IMG/VR virus record: IMGVR_UViG_3300033984_000416
Span: 32,001-96,000 of that record
Strand: one strand, 5' to 3'
Source: a virus
DNA length: 64,000 bases
Shown here: piece after piece, positions 21,974-33,300 of the stretch
Layout: each line of letters starts with the position of its first letter
How positions within the stretch are numbered: position 1 is the stretch's first letter
The notes under the pieces: model-generated
What the model was told of the DNA's origin: nothing
The model's input: only the letters and a program-made list of their open reading frames with translations
Database searches by the model: none
Made by a program: the position numbers and the translations under genes

Positions 21974-23026
21974 TTAAAAATTTAGTTTTTCTCTTTCGAT
22001 AAGCTTTTTGAATGGTATCAGATAATCTGGATACCTGTGTTCGCCAATTGTTTTATCTAACCCATCTCTTTTCATGTATATAAGAACATTTTTTAAATCT
22101 CTACCCGATGAGTCAAGGGTACCATCTATCAATTGTTCTAACTCTCTTATTCCATCTTCAGTCATCATTGGTTTCTTTAGGTTTACTAATCTTTCGTTTA
22201 TTTCGTAAACGTTAGTACCTTGCACACCTTCTGTGACTTTGTTGACGATGTTGTCTAACACCTTAAGAGGTGGTTTTTTTTCTTTAATTCTATTTTCTTG
22301 TAGTATTTTCGCTTCCTCTAGTACTTCAGTTAGACTTACATGTCTTTCACCGATTTGTGGGAAGTGAGTTAATAATGTTTTTTCACCTAAACCTTTTATT
22401 CCTTTAATAGAATCACTTTTATCTCCTAACATAGTCTTAACTAAAACGGAGTTTTCTTGATTATAACAAAAGTACGAAGAAAAATTGTCTTTTCCAACGT
22501 ATTTCTTCAAATGTAAGAAATAAATTTTAATATCTTCGCTAATTAGTTGAGCCATATCCACATCGTTGGTGCAAATGGTTATTTTTTCATTAGGGTTTTT
22601 GGTTAGACAATAATACGCTATGAAATCGTCACCTTCGATAATTTCATGTTTTAATTGTCTGATGTACATTTCATCTATGTATTCAATAGCTAATTCACGT
22701 TGTAATAATTCTGATTCATCTGTAGGTTGAGTGCCATTAATGAAATCTTTTCCTCTATCACTTTTGTAAGGTTCGTAAATTTCGTATCTAAGTTTACCAC
22801 TAAAATTCCCATCCCAGAATACGAAGACTCTATGGTATAGGTCCTCAGTTAATAACATTCTAAGTGTCGTGATAAATTGGTATAGGCCACCAACATGGTG
22901 TCCATTGACATTATAAGTGTCCTTGGCTCCGAAAAACCCTGTCTTGAACAGGGCATTTCCGTCTACCAATAAAGTATTTTGTATTTTTGAAACAGTTTCA
23001 CCGTTACGTGGTGGTCTTTTGTTCAT
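21974..23026 (-). CDS. 5'-3' exonuclease / flap endonuclease (PolI N-terminal, T4 RNase H-like)
   Basis: LLVDGN, FWDG, YKSDR, EGDDFIA, TNDVDMAQL and GDKSDSIKGIKGLGEKT (H3TH). Confidence 0.93.
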   Translation of the reverse strand: MNKRPPRNGETVSKIQNTLLVDGNALFKTGFFGAKDTYNVNGHHVGGLYQFITTLRMLLTEDLYHRVFVFWDGNFSGKLRYEIYEPYKSDRGKDFINGTQPTDESELLQRELAIEYIDEMYIRQLKHEIIEGDDFIAYYCLTKNPNEKITICTNDVDMAQLISEDIKIYFLHLKKYVGKDNFSSYFCYNQENSVLVKTMLGDKSDSIKGIKGLGEKTLLTHFPQIGERHVSLTEVLEEAKILQENRIKEKKPPLKVLDNIVNKVTEGVQGTNVYEINERLVNLKKPMMTEDGIRELEQLIDGTLDSSGRDLKNVLIYMKRDGLDKTIGEHRYPDYLIPFKKLIEREKLNF

Positions 23027-23059
23027 GTTAGAACATTTAAAAGGTTAATAGACTAACTC

Positions 23060-24175
23060 TTAGTCTTTTTCGTAAGCATCAGCTTTAAAGTCTTCTTCAA
23101 CAACCTCAAAATCAGAAAAACTAGTCCCTAATTTAGCATTGATGAAAACGTTGTTTGCTTTAACATACGCATTTTTTTCATCTGGATTAACAAACCCGTG
23201 TGGTGTTGAACAAATGGAACCCATTCTCTCAATACCATTTACGTGATTTTTAACACATTCAATATCAGTTCTTACACCGAAATTAAAACTTCTACCACCA
23301 TTTACAGCATCTAATTTTTTAGCTGATGATGTTGACTTACCACCCATGTGAAAAATCATTCTAACACCGTATTTAAAACCTTCACCACCATTATGCATGA
23401 TTGTTGGTTGTCCCACAGCATTTGGTCTTAACCAAATTTTTTGTACAGCAACGAATGTGTTGATGTATGGGGCACCTTCTCTCCTAGAAGCTGGAATTCT
23501 GAAGTTCAATATTGATTCGAATTCTCTTTTTAAAGCACCAGCAGTCCATTGGTTATTGTTTGTGTTTGATACAGCACCTTGGTAGCAACCGATGGAACCG
23601 ATAGAATCCCAAAGGAATGTAATGTTGTGTGGAAATTCACCTTTTTCTTGTTTGTCTAAGATTTCGTTCATCAAACGTGCGATGTCTTCAACAACTGGAA
23701 TGTATCTTAAAGGTGTTGTTTTCATTTTGGCATCTTTATAATCAAAATTTTGATACATAGCTAGTAAATCACTACCACCAAAATACATAAAGTCTTCACC
23801 ATCATAATCTAGGATTTCTCCAGTGTCTTCATCAACAACTTCCTCGAATTTAAAACCGACTAACTTTGCGTGTTCCCAGTTAAAACTTCCTTCAGTATCT
23901 ATGATGATACAGTAATCTCCTAATTTTTGAGCTCCAGCTAACGATTCGTAAATCCCTGTTGATTTACCAACATCTGAAAACCCTCTAAATTGTGTTGTGT
24001 AACCTCTTGGAACCCCAGGCAATCCAACGGCATCATGGAAAGCTTTTTTAAACGGAATCCATGTTAAATCTTTTTCTTTAACGATTTGTTCACCTAAACC
24101 TAGGTTTTTCTTAAATGCTTTGTTGTCAAAAGCTTTTTTTTCAATAGGTTTCTTTTCTGGTTTTTTTTGTGCCAT
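23060..24175 (-). CDS. uvsX: RecA/UvsX-family recombinase
   Basis: Walker A GFSDVGKST, IIDTEGS, FLWDSIG, GGEGFKY, KNHV. Confidence 0.88.
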   Translation of the reverse strand: MAQKKPEKKPIEKKAFDNKAFKKNLGLGEQIVKEKDLTWIPFKKAFHDAVGLPGVPRGYTTQFRGFSDVGKSTGIYESLAGAQKLGDYCIIIDTEGSFNWEHAKLVGFKFEEVVDEDTGEILDYDGEDFMYFGGSDLLAMYQNFDYKDAKMKTTPLRYIPVVEDIARLMNEILDKQEKGEFPHNITFLWDSIGSIGCYQGAVSNTNNNQWTAGALKREFESILNFRIPASRREGAPYINTFVAVQKIWLRPNAVGQPTIMHNGGEGFKYGVRMIFHMGGKSTSSAKKLDAVNGGRSFNFGVRTDIECVKNHVNGIERMGSICSTPHGFVNPDEKNAYVKANNVFINAKLGTSFSDFEVVEEDFKADAYEKD

Positions 24176-24214
24176 TCTTCTTATTAATTTTTCTTCTTGT
24201 TATTTTAGAACAAA

Positions 24215-24238
24215 AAAGAGGCAATTTCTCACCTCTTT
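24215..24238 (-). terminator. Intrinsic terminator after the SSB gene
   Basis: aaagagg-N10-cctcttt hairpin; the plus-strand A-run gives a U-tract on the minus strand. Confidence 0.6.
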
Positions 24239-24259
24239 ATGTTTTAGTTAAACCTCTAA

Positions 24260-25153
24260 TTAAAAAGGTAAATCATCTTCGTCTTCTTCAACGCTTACAG
24301 TTTCTGTAGTTGCTTCAGCAGCTTGTACATTAGCTTTAACGTTTTCAACACCCATTGTTAATTCAGACTCTAAAGTTGAATTTTCATCAGTACCGATTGA
24401 AGCTTTGTCAACGAATTTTTTCTCGTCCTTATCCCATACTGGAACACCACCTTTAACAATGATTTCTAAGTAATCGTAAGTTCTTACAGAATAAACATCT
24501 TCCCATGTTCTAGCATCTTCTAACCATTCCGTTTTTTGGTCTTGGTCTTCAGATAAACCACTTGGGTCTAAAGAAGCAACAGCTGATACAACTGGAATAC
24601 CGTTTTGATTTCTGTTAATAGTTAACAATAAATCTCTACCTGTCTCTGCGTTTGTAACATCTTTTTTGATTGCGTTAAGAACACCAATGATTTTGTCATA
24701 GATACCCTCTTTACGGTAATCGTGGTTGAATCTCCAGAATTTTACTCCTTCATCTTCGTTATCTCTATCGATAACTTTTACAACGTACATCTTACGTGCA
24801 TTGTATTTTTTAGCCAATTCTTTATCAGAATCTTTTCCAGTAGCCAATAAAGCTTCACGAGCTTCGCAGAAAGGACAAGCCTCACCTTTTTCATGTTTCA
24901 AACATGGGAATGTTTTCCATTCACCATCAACTTGAACTTTGTGTGCGTGTAATTCAACGAAAGGTGTAGAACCATCAGTTGTTGGAAGGACTCTAATTTG
25001 TTTAGTAGCCGATTTTACACCTTCTTTGATGAAAGTGTTAAAATAATTTTTTAAGTCATAAACCTTAGCGGTTTCTGATTTCACGTACTTCGGAGCGTTG
25101 TTCTTCTCGTACTGTGCTAACATTGCATCTAATGCATTTTTTTCATTACTCAT
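24260..25153 (-). CDS. Single-stranded DNA-binding protein (T4 gp32-like)
   Basis: IRVLP...PFVELHAH, Zn-type C-x2-H...CPFC, VKVIDR, GRDL and acidic tail EEDEDDLPF. Confidence 0.88.
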   Translation of the reverse strand: MSNEKNALDAMLAQYEKNNAPKYVKSETAKVYDLKNYFNTFIKEGVKSATKQIRVLPTTDGSTPFVELHAHKVQVDGEWKTFPCLKHEKGEACPFCEAREALLATGKDSDKELAKKYNARKMYVVKVIDRDNEDEGVKFWRFNHDYRKEGIYDKIIGVLNAIKKDVTNAETGRDLLLTINRNQNGIPVVSAVASLDPSGLSEDQDQKTEWLEDARTWEDVYSVRTYDYLEIIVKGGVPVWDKDEKKFVDKASIGTDENSTLESELTMGVENVKANVQAAEATTETVSVEEDEDDLPF

Positions 25154-25204
25154 TTTTGTTTTTGTTTATATATTTACGTTATTTATTCTCTTCTTTTTAT
25201 ACTA

Positions 25205-25234
25205 CAAATATACGAAATTTTACAAAAAAGTCAA
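25205..25234 (-). promoter_or_regulatory. Bacteroidota-type housekeeping promoter P1 for the SSB/recombination operon
   Basis: Minus strand TTG-N19-TATATTTG matches the Bacteroidota -33 / -7 (TAnnTTTG) consensus. Confidence 0.8.
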
Positions 25235-25283
25235 GCTTTTTTAACACTTATTTTAAAGTATTTTTATGTAATTTTCCTTTAAA

Positions 25284-25314
25284 CAAAGATACGAATGTTT
25301 TTCAAAGATTGCAA
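25284..25314 (-). promoter_or_regulatory. Bacteroidota-type promoter P2, tandem upstream of P1
   Basis: Minus strand TTG-N20-TATCTTTG. Confidence 0.75.
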
Positions 25315-25348
25315 CATTTTTACCGAAAAAAAAGTATATTAAATAAAA

Positions 25349-25369
25349 AAGCCCCTAAAATAGGGGCTT
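25349..25369 (-). terminator. Intrinsic terminator
   Basis: aagcccct-aaaat-aggggctt, followed by a U-tract on the minus strand, just after the 244-aa gene. Confidence 0.8.
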
Positions 25370-25388
25370 AATTGTTATTTATAATTGA

Positions 25389-26123
25389 TTACATGTCTTC
25401 TTCATCAAACTCTTCTGGTGATGCACCAAAGCTTTTTTTTATTTGTGGTTCGCTAAAATCAGCATCAACATCATCTTGTGTCAACACATATTCTTTTTTC
25501 TTTTCTTCACCATTCATAACATCATATTGACCTTCTTTGTCGGCCCAATAATCTGTAAGTTTTTGTGAGTAAGGGAATGAACTTAATGAACGCATTTCTA
25601 ATTTTTCAACATCTGTTGGGTTTCTTTTTATGATTTCATTTTCCAATTCTTCAATCTTAGCACTTACCATATCCATCTTAGCGATACGAGATTCTAAGTC
25701 AGTTAATTTTTGTAAAAGCATTTCAGAATTTTGACTAGCTTTATCAGCTGCCATCTTCGCTTCTTCGGAACCTTTTACCAATGAAGTAACGTCTATTTCA
25801 ACATCGTCTGTAGCTGGTTCAGCTGGCATCGCTGGTGCTGGTTCAACTGGTGGTACCGAATCTGCTGGTTCGGCTGGTGCTTCTGCATCTGCTGGTGCAG
25901 TATCGTCAACACCTAATTCAGCTCCAATACTAGCCGCTGCATCATCTGCTGGTTCTAAATCTGTAGGAACTTCGTCTTCTTCTTCTAATTTTTTATCGAT
26001 TAATAGAGGTTTTTCATAAGCTACAGGTTCTTGATTTTCAGCGTACCATTGGTAACCTTCCATTTGGTTGAAACGTTTTAGCTCTTCTTTAAGTAACTCT
26101 GGGTTAAATTTTGTTTTCTTCAT
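25389..26123 (-). CDS. Hypothetical acidic, coiled-coil protein (244 aa)
   Basis: Acidic P/A-rich linker plus heptad segment LLQKLTDLESRIAKMD. Confidence 0.7.
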   Translation of the reverse strand: MKKTKFNPELLKEELKRFNQMEGYQWYAENQEPVAYEKPLLIDKKLEEEDEVPTDLEPADDAAASIGAELGVDDTAPADAEAPAEPADSVPPVEPAPAMPAEPATDDVEIDVTSLVKGSEEAKMAADKASQNSEMLLQKLTDLESRIAKMDMVSAKIEELENEIIKRNPTDVEKLEMRSLSSFPYSQKLTDYWADKEGQYDVMNGEEKKKEYVLTQDDVDADFSEPQIKKSFGASPEEFDEEDM

Positions 26124-26317
26124 TAGAATAATAATTGTCTTCCGTCTTCTGTTATTATTTTTTTGTTTATTCTTTCTAAGATGCTTTTATCACCTTTGAT
26201 AATACAAACACCAGAACTACAATCTAAGTTAGGGTCTTGACCTTCAGTATTCAAAAAACTATCTAAGGTTTTATCCAAATTTTTAGTTGGTTGTTTTTCT
26301 ATTTTTTTATTTTCCAT
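26123..26317 (-). CDS. Hypothetical protein (64 aa)
   Basis: Stop overlaps the next start; ATATTTAT motif upstream. Confidence 0.6.
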   Translation of the reverse strand: MENKKIEKQPTKNLDKTLDSFLNTEGQDPNLDCSSGVCIIKGDKSILERINKKIITEDGRQLLF

Positions 26318-26369
26318 GATATTAATTTTTAAGTATATTTTTATCTTTTATATAAATATCACAAAAACA

Positions 26370-26771
26370 TTAAAAAATCCTAGATATGTTGAAAATGGTA
26401 AGGTCTTTACCGTTTAATAGTATAAGTTTGTTTTGATATTCATCCCAATTTACCTTGATTGATTTATTATCAACGTTACCGATAGATTCTGGAAATTTTT
26501 GTTCAATAAGTTTATTTAACGCATTTATTGTATATAAAGCATTGCCTCGTTTGTGTATGGATACAGCACTTGGGAATAGATTTTTAAGGTTTAAAGGTTT
26601 ATCTTCTGGAATAACTATCTTGAAGGTAATAACGACCTTAGATTCATCATCTAGGTTCTCATACCCAAAGACTTTATCTTTATTGATATTAAATTTTACT
26701 TCTAAATAGTTTAGAAACCATTCAACTCTCTCTGGGAATATGAATGATGCTAGTAGTATCGTTTTGTTCAT
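26370..26771 (-). CDS. Hypothetical protein (133 aa)
   Basis: ORF track; start overlaps the end of the upstream gene by 50 nt. Confidence 0.65.
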   Translation of the reverse strand: MNKTILLASFIFPERVEWFLNYLEVKFNINKDKVFGYENLDDESKVVITFKIVIPEDKPLNLKNLFPSAVSIHKRGNALYTINALNKLIEQKFPESIGNVDNKSIKVNWDEYQNKLILLNGKDLTIFNISRIF

Positions 26772-27360
26772 TTTTTATAGAAAATAAGTAAGGTACGTAT
26801 CGAACTTTATTACCTAGTTCTTCCACAGTATTTTTATATTCTATAAGTATCTCATCAGCACCCAAAAAGACCGCACTCATTGACTTAATTTTATTTCTTA
26901 TCTTATCTGAATTTAACCCAATGTAAGATAATAGCTTCAAATCCACACCAAATAGATATTTTTCACCATATAGATAAATCATATCACCTTGAACATATGT
27001 GATAATTTTTTTCAATGAGTAAATTTTTCTTATTATTTTCCAAAGTGTTCTGCTTCGATACTGTAATGGGTCAACAAAAATATAAGTTATTTCTTTTGTT
27101 AAATCACCATATACCTTACGAATAAACCAAGACATGTCTTCTTGGAATTTATCCCTCTTTTCGGTTCGCTTGAATGTCCAATAGAGATTAGGTTCAACAC
27201 GAATATCCATAATATCAAAATCTGGGTAGTGTTTGTTTACATAGTCATACCCGACAATTAGTGTAGGTAACCCATGGATTATTTCATCCATGGATTGTAC
27301 TACATTAAATTCTTCTGAAACGTCTATTTTATTGTTTGAAACTATATTTGCAATTTTCAT
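26722..27360 (-). CDS. Hypothetical protein (212 aa)
   Basis: ORF track; host-type promoter immediately upstream. Confidence 0.7.
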   Translation of the reverse strand: MKIANIVSNNKIDVSEEFNVVQSMDEIIHGLPTLIVGYDYVNKHYPDFDIMDIRVEPNLYWTFKRTEKRDKFQEDMSWFIRKVYGDLTKEITYIFVDPLQYRSRTLWKIIRKIYSLKKIITYVQGDMIYLYGEKYLFGVDLKLLSYIGLNSDKIRNKIKSMSAVFLGADEILIEYKNTVEELGNKVRYVPYLFSIKNEQNDTTSIIHIPRES

Positions 27361-27364
27361 ACTG

Positions 27365-27395
27365 CAAAGGTACTAAATTATTTTGAATAAACCAA
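27365..27395 (-). promoter_or_regulatory. Bacteroidota-type promoter, nearly leaderless
   Basis: Minus strand TTG-N20-TACCTTTG ends 4 nt before the ATG at 27360. Confidence 0.75.
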
Positions 27396-27397
27396 AT

Positions 27398-30300
27398 TTA
27401 TGCGTAACTTGCAAGATTTGGTGGGTTAGGTGGTGTACCATCTTTTATTTGTTTACCAGCATATTCCCAATAAAAATTATTATTAGTTTTATCTGGTGTT
27501 CTACTAATAACACCAACAGCTTTTGACGATTTTGGGTTATAAGCTAAAAATTCAGTCCTAGTACCTATAAATGACCTAGAATTCTCCTGTAATGTTGTAT
27601 CTTTTAGTGCCGCAATTGTTTCAGTTAAGAAAGATTTAGCTTTACTACTAGTTATTGATTTAGAATTCATAACTGCTTTAATTGCAGTTTGTTCGTCAGA
27701 TATAGCTTTCCATTCTGGTCTATTCTTAAATGTTGGTTCGTATTGACCTTCCTGTACCACAACCTCTTTGATTGTTTTACCGTATGGTTGTTTAGGTACT
27801 GAAACTCTGTTATAAATTGATTGTGCAACATCGGCTCTACTTTGTGGGCCACCAGCTTCTAAAGAACATATCGCCATCAACGCCCAATAATCTGCTTTAT
27901 CACCTAAAACAATTTCAACACCATCTTTATATTTTATTTGTTTATAAATACAATCTTTATAAATACTATCCTTACCATCATTTGATTTAGGGTTTTTAAC
28001 AAAATCAAATTGAGCTTGGAATTTTTTAATTTTATACCCACCAGTTGATGTTGGGTTATCTTTAGCACAATATTGAGCAGCAGTACCTTGGTATTCAAAA
28101 TGCCAGTATTCGTTATAACTACCAACGCCATCTCTCATTAAATATGGTAATTCAAAACCATATCTATATGAATTTTCTAATAACCATTCTAATGCTGGGT
28201 TGTTGGCAATATCAAAATATTTGACTAGACCATTTGTATTATCTATTTTAGTTCCATCTTTTTCAAAATAACCTAAATCAATAGCAATACCCCATTGGTG
28301 ATTCGACACACCTTTACTAGCATTTGAACCAGCCGCAGCTTGGTCGGCTTCAGTTCTATAAGCTGATGTTATTCTAGCAAAAGTTTTACCATTATCAGTT
28401 CCTTTGAAACCATTTTCTTTCATCCATGTAACCCAATCTTTTAACATATTTTCTAATGGTACAATTGCTTCAGCAATTAAACGATTTTTGTGTTTATCAT
28501 TTTTAGATGTAAGTTGATTTGAGATACCAGCTATAGTTGGTATTTCTAATAATTTAATATTTTTAGCCTCAATATTAGACGGTGAACCACCGTTATCAAT
28601 TATTGTTAATACTATTGCTGGGTATGCTTTAGTACTAGAAACATTAGTAACCGCACCATCACCAGCTTGGCTTGTATCCATTCCTTCGGCTAACGACATG
28701 TATAAATCCATTGCTGTCATTAATGGTGTTTCTGTGTATTTAATCCTAACACCACTAAAATTTGTCATCATTGAGTTTGGTTTAATAGAATGTTTAACCC
28801 TAGTAATCATATAGGCACCATGAAACATTGGTATATTATCCAATTGGAAATACATCATTGGTTGAATCATAGCATTACCCATCATTTCTATTTCTGCCGT
28901 ATAACTTCTTACTGAATATACATTATAAATGTTTTGACCAGCTATTGTTCTATTTGTTTCAGAACCTTTTTGTGATATGTCTTCCTGTATTTGAAGTGAC
29001 TCATCAGTTTCTGAAAATTCGCTTTGGTCTAGGTTGATATCTTTAAATATATTTTGATTTTGTTGACTGTATTTTACAGTAAACACACCCATACCATCTT
29101 CAAAATCATTTAAGTCGGTTGTAAAATCATCTGGAACGGTACTTGGACTAACGTTACCATTTTCATCACATCGTAAATTTATACCATCATCTGGATAATC
29201 AGCATTTTTGTAGTCTAAGTGTTTAGATTTTTGTCCAGAGTATACACATACAAAAGTTGGCCCACACGAACCTTTTGTTACCGCCTCACCATAGTTTGGA
29301 AATGGTTTAAAAATTGATTCAACTTCTTTTGGGTCACGGAAATTAATAAATGTTGGTAACGCCACAAAATCAAATTTATTAGACGCTAACATTGAACTAA
29401 TAGCATCGTAAGCACTAGTGTTTGAATTTTCAACCAAGTAATCATTGATTGGTAGTGGGTTAATATATAACTTATCACCAATATCTTTAAACGACCTACT
29501 AACAAATCTAAAAGAGTCTATAAATTTAGGTGTTTTATTACCATAATGGTCACCTAATTTAGCATCTACGTTGCTTCGACCACCGTCAACACCACCACAT
29601 TGATAAAGTATTTTATCAGCACTAGTTGTTCCAGCTAACCATTTATCACGTATGTTTTTACATGTTCTATATAATTGTAACTTAATCACATCTTCATTGG
29701 CAGTACCAAATAAAGATTGTTCTAAATTTTTTTTAACATTTACATCAGAATAAGCACTAGCAGTTGTTTGTAATTTTTTTAATATAGTGTTAATGTATAA
29801 ATCAAAATTTTTCTTAGTTACAGAAATTTCTTCAAATTCATTTCTATTCGTTGTGGCTACAGATGCTGACCCACCACCACCAATAGCCCCAGAGCCACCA
29901 TATGTACCTACTTGTGTTGTAGTTGTACCTACTTTTGTCCATATTTTATAACCAGTATTTGCGATGATAACAGGTTGCATCAATGCCGACATTAATGTGG
30001 TTACAGCACTATTGTTTGTATAATCACCATCTAGTTCTAAAGCTAAGTAATCAGTATGCACCGATGCTGACGAACCATCTGTTGTTGGTAAAGGTGTAAT
30101 TATTTTATATGCTTTACCGTTTGAACCGTTTCTAAAATTTGGATTTGTGAAACTTGATGCTGGAACGTTGTAGACATCTTTATCTTTATCTAGTGTTATT
30201 GTTACACGCAATGCTTTTAACCATACATTAAAATCACCACCAGAACCAGTCCATATTTCTAAGTTTTCACTTATAGATTTCCATGATATCATACCGTCAG

Positions 30301-33300
30301 TTCCATTAACAAATTCAAAGAACATTCTTTTGAATTCATTTTTTACCTGTTGTGGTAATCTATTAATAAGGTGTTCATCATCAATTTCTTGATAATCTAT
30401 TAACGCTGTAAGCTCTAAGGCTGTTACATACATATCTCGTGTAGGTGGTGTAAATGTTTGTGTTAAGTTTTTATGCCAAAGTATTGGGTCGTTCTTTCCA
30501 GAACCACCACCCGTTATTTTACCACCTTCAACCACTGGGTTGTTTGTTTGTTTTCGCCATATTATACTACCTATATAAGCACACCAAAGTCTAGGTGCGT
30601 GAACAAAACCACCTTTTTTATCAAACAAGTGTTTAATTTCATTTGTTTCTAAAGCACTACCTTTGGTTGTATTCCATGGAAGTGAATTTAAAAATAAAAA
30701 CGCTTTTGAATAATCACCACATGGAACCGTTGAGTTACTTGAAGTTGTTATACGTGCATATCCTTGGTTATAATAAAAATAACTACCAAATAAACTAAAA
30801 GAATCCTCATCATAAGCATCTCTATAATTAACGTTTTCAGATGCTTTAAACATAAAGGCTCTTTGTTCAACATAAGGGTAAGTAATATCTTTAACATTAT
30901 TGTTTATCCATTCGTTAAAAAAGTCTCTGTTTTTACCTAAATCTAAGTGAAGTGTATCTATTTTTTTTCCTTTATACCAACCTTTGTAAAACTCTTCTTT
31001 ATTTGCTGGTAGCCTAATGTTTCCAGTTTTTTTGAAATCCGACCATGATGTTGCTGAACTTCCGTCTGGTGAATTATCGTGTTTTTTTCTATTATACGCT
31101 AAACCACCATCTGTATTTTTATAAAACACAAACTCTAAGGGTAATTTAGTCATTCCATTACCATAATCTAAATTAGCATACTCTTGAATACCTAAAGGTC
31201 CACCAAATGTATTGTAACCAGCACTATTATCAACAATTTCATCGGCTGATAGTTTTTCCAATATTAACATATTGTTTTCTGGTTTAACTTTTTCTGGTGC
31301 TGGATATAAAAGTGCTTTTGTTTTAAACTCATCTGCTTTTAGTATTTTAATATAAACACCACCATCATCTGGTTTACTAAAATCACCATTTATTGTCGTT
31401 GCTGTACCATAATTAGAGCTGTAATTAGTTAAAAAAATGTAACCTTCTTCTTTTGATTTTAATGAAGTTTTAGCTGGTTCAATAATCCACTTACCAGTAT
31501 AACCACCATTAATTGGTATTACCATGTGTAAATCTGGATTACTGTACGTATATGTTTTTGTTTTTGTAGATACTGGGTTTCCACCAATATAGTTATAAAA
31601 ATAATTATCACCTAGAGGTTTTATTACATTTGTTGGTAATGCACCTCTAGCGTTTAAATCTATTTCACCAATTACACTAGTCACAGCACTTAGAGTTAAC
31701 ATAGACATCGATGATTTTATTTTAGGGTCTTTAACACCTCTTAATATGGCTTCAGATTCAATCTCGGCCATACTAATAATATCATCAGAAGTCATAATTG
31801 TTTCATCGTTTGTATAACCTAAAAAAGTCATACCTCTAATAACCATAAGTCTTGCAACTTCATCGTAATTTTTAAATTCCATTCTACTGTATGGCTCTGT
31901 AGTGTTAAAAATAGATGTATCAATTGGGTTGCTTGGGAACCAAGTTGTTTCTTGTTTTTCGGTATCCGCTTTAACATCTTCACTAGCTTTTGCGGCTTTT
32001 AAAAATGCCGCCAATAAATCATCAATAAATACTAATTCATTAACATCTTTAGGTTTTTCTAAAACACCTAAAGTACCTAAATATTTTTCAACATAGCTTT
32101 TTGTTTTTTCATCTTTTTCTCGATAATCTGGCCATGAAAAATATTTTTTAGTATCTAAATGTCTTTGCGTTAAATCACTATTTACAATATCAGTTTTAAA
32201 TTTTTTTTCTAGTTGGGTTGTTCTAGGGTCGTTTGGTTCAAATTCAGCCGCAACCGAAACATCAAAAATAGTTTCCATAAACACTTCAACGGCAGCTGTA
32301 AATACTTCTGTAATATTTCTAACGGTTGGTTCAAACCCTAAATCTTTTGCAACGCTACTTTTTAATTCTTTAGCAAATTCTTCTTTTGCCCCTTTTAAAT
32401 TTTGTTCAATTTGAGTTCTAGCCACAGATATTTTTTCAAATAATAAATTCATGTTGTAAATATCAACAACCACTTTTGGGTGATTAAATTTATAATTTGT
32501 GTTTAAATAATCATACAATTCTTTTTTGAATTTAGAAAAATCACTAGGTGAACCTAATGTTTGTTTTAAAACTTCATCAACCGCTGGGTCGCTAGTTGCT
32601 GGGTCTAGCATTTCTAAAGTTAAATTACCATAAAAACCCTTTCCTGGACCAGCTATGCTTATATCTTGAAATTCTTTAAGTACTAATTGAGCACCAGCTT
32701 TAAATGCGTTGAATGTGTCTATGTTTGTTTTAATATTCTCAGAGTATAACCCTATTGCTCTATCTTGATTTATTTTATCAGTGTCTGAAACTTCGTGAAG
32801 TTTCACGATATATGGGTATCTTTCTTTATTGGTATCAATATCAATAACTTGTCCCAATACTCTCATAACAATTTCTATAGCGTCTAGACTTTCTAAAGCT
32901 TTATTTATAGTATTTGTAGCAGCTGCGTTTTTAGATGATGATGATAATTTGCTTATACCTTTATTAACCTTAGAAATTGCTTGCATTAATTCAACCAAAG
33001 TTAATAATTGTGGTGCATCAGCTTTTCTATTGTCTCTATATTTTTGGTATTTATCTTCACCTATTGTTGTAAAAGGTATAGCTTTTAAATAACCAATAAG
33101 CATATCTGATAACATTGCGTAAGTATAACCGATAAATTGACATTGAATTTCAAAATTACCAGTTTGTGAATTAAATTTAGAACTAAATTTAAGCATGTGA
33201 AGACAATAAGTTACTGGTAACCCGTAGTATCCTTTTATTTCCAATTCAAACAATGGATATGGTAGTTGGAAAAACGTAGCATATTTATTACCACTATTAT

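Noticed and set aside
16624-24175. Inteins or introns in NrdA, helicase or recombinase
   Set aside because: Lengths are normal and the conserved motifs are contiguous.
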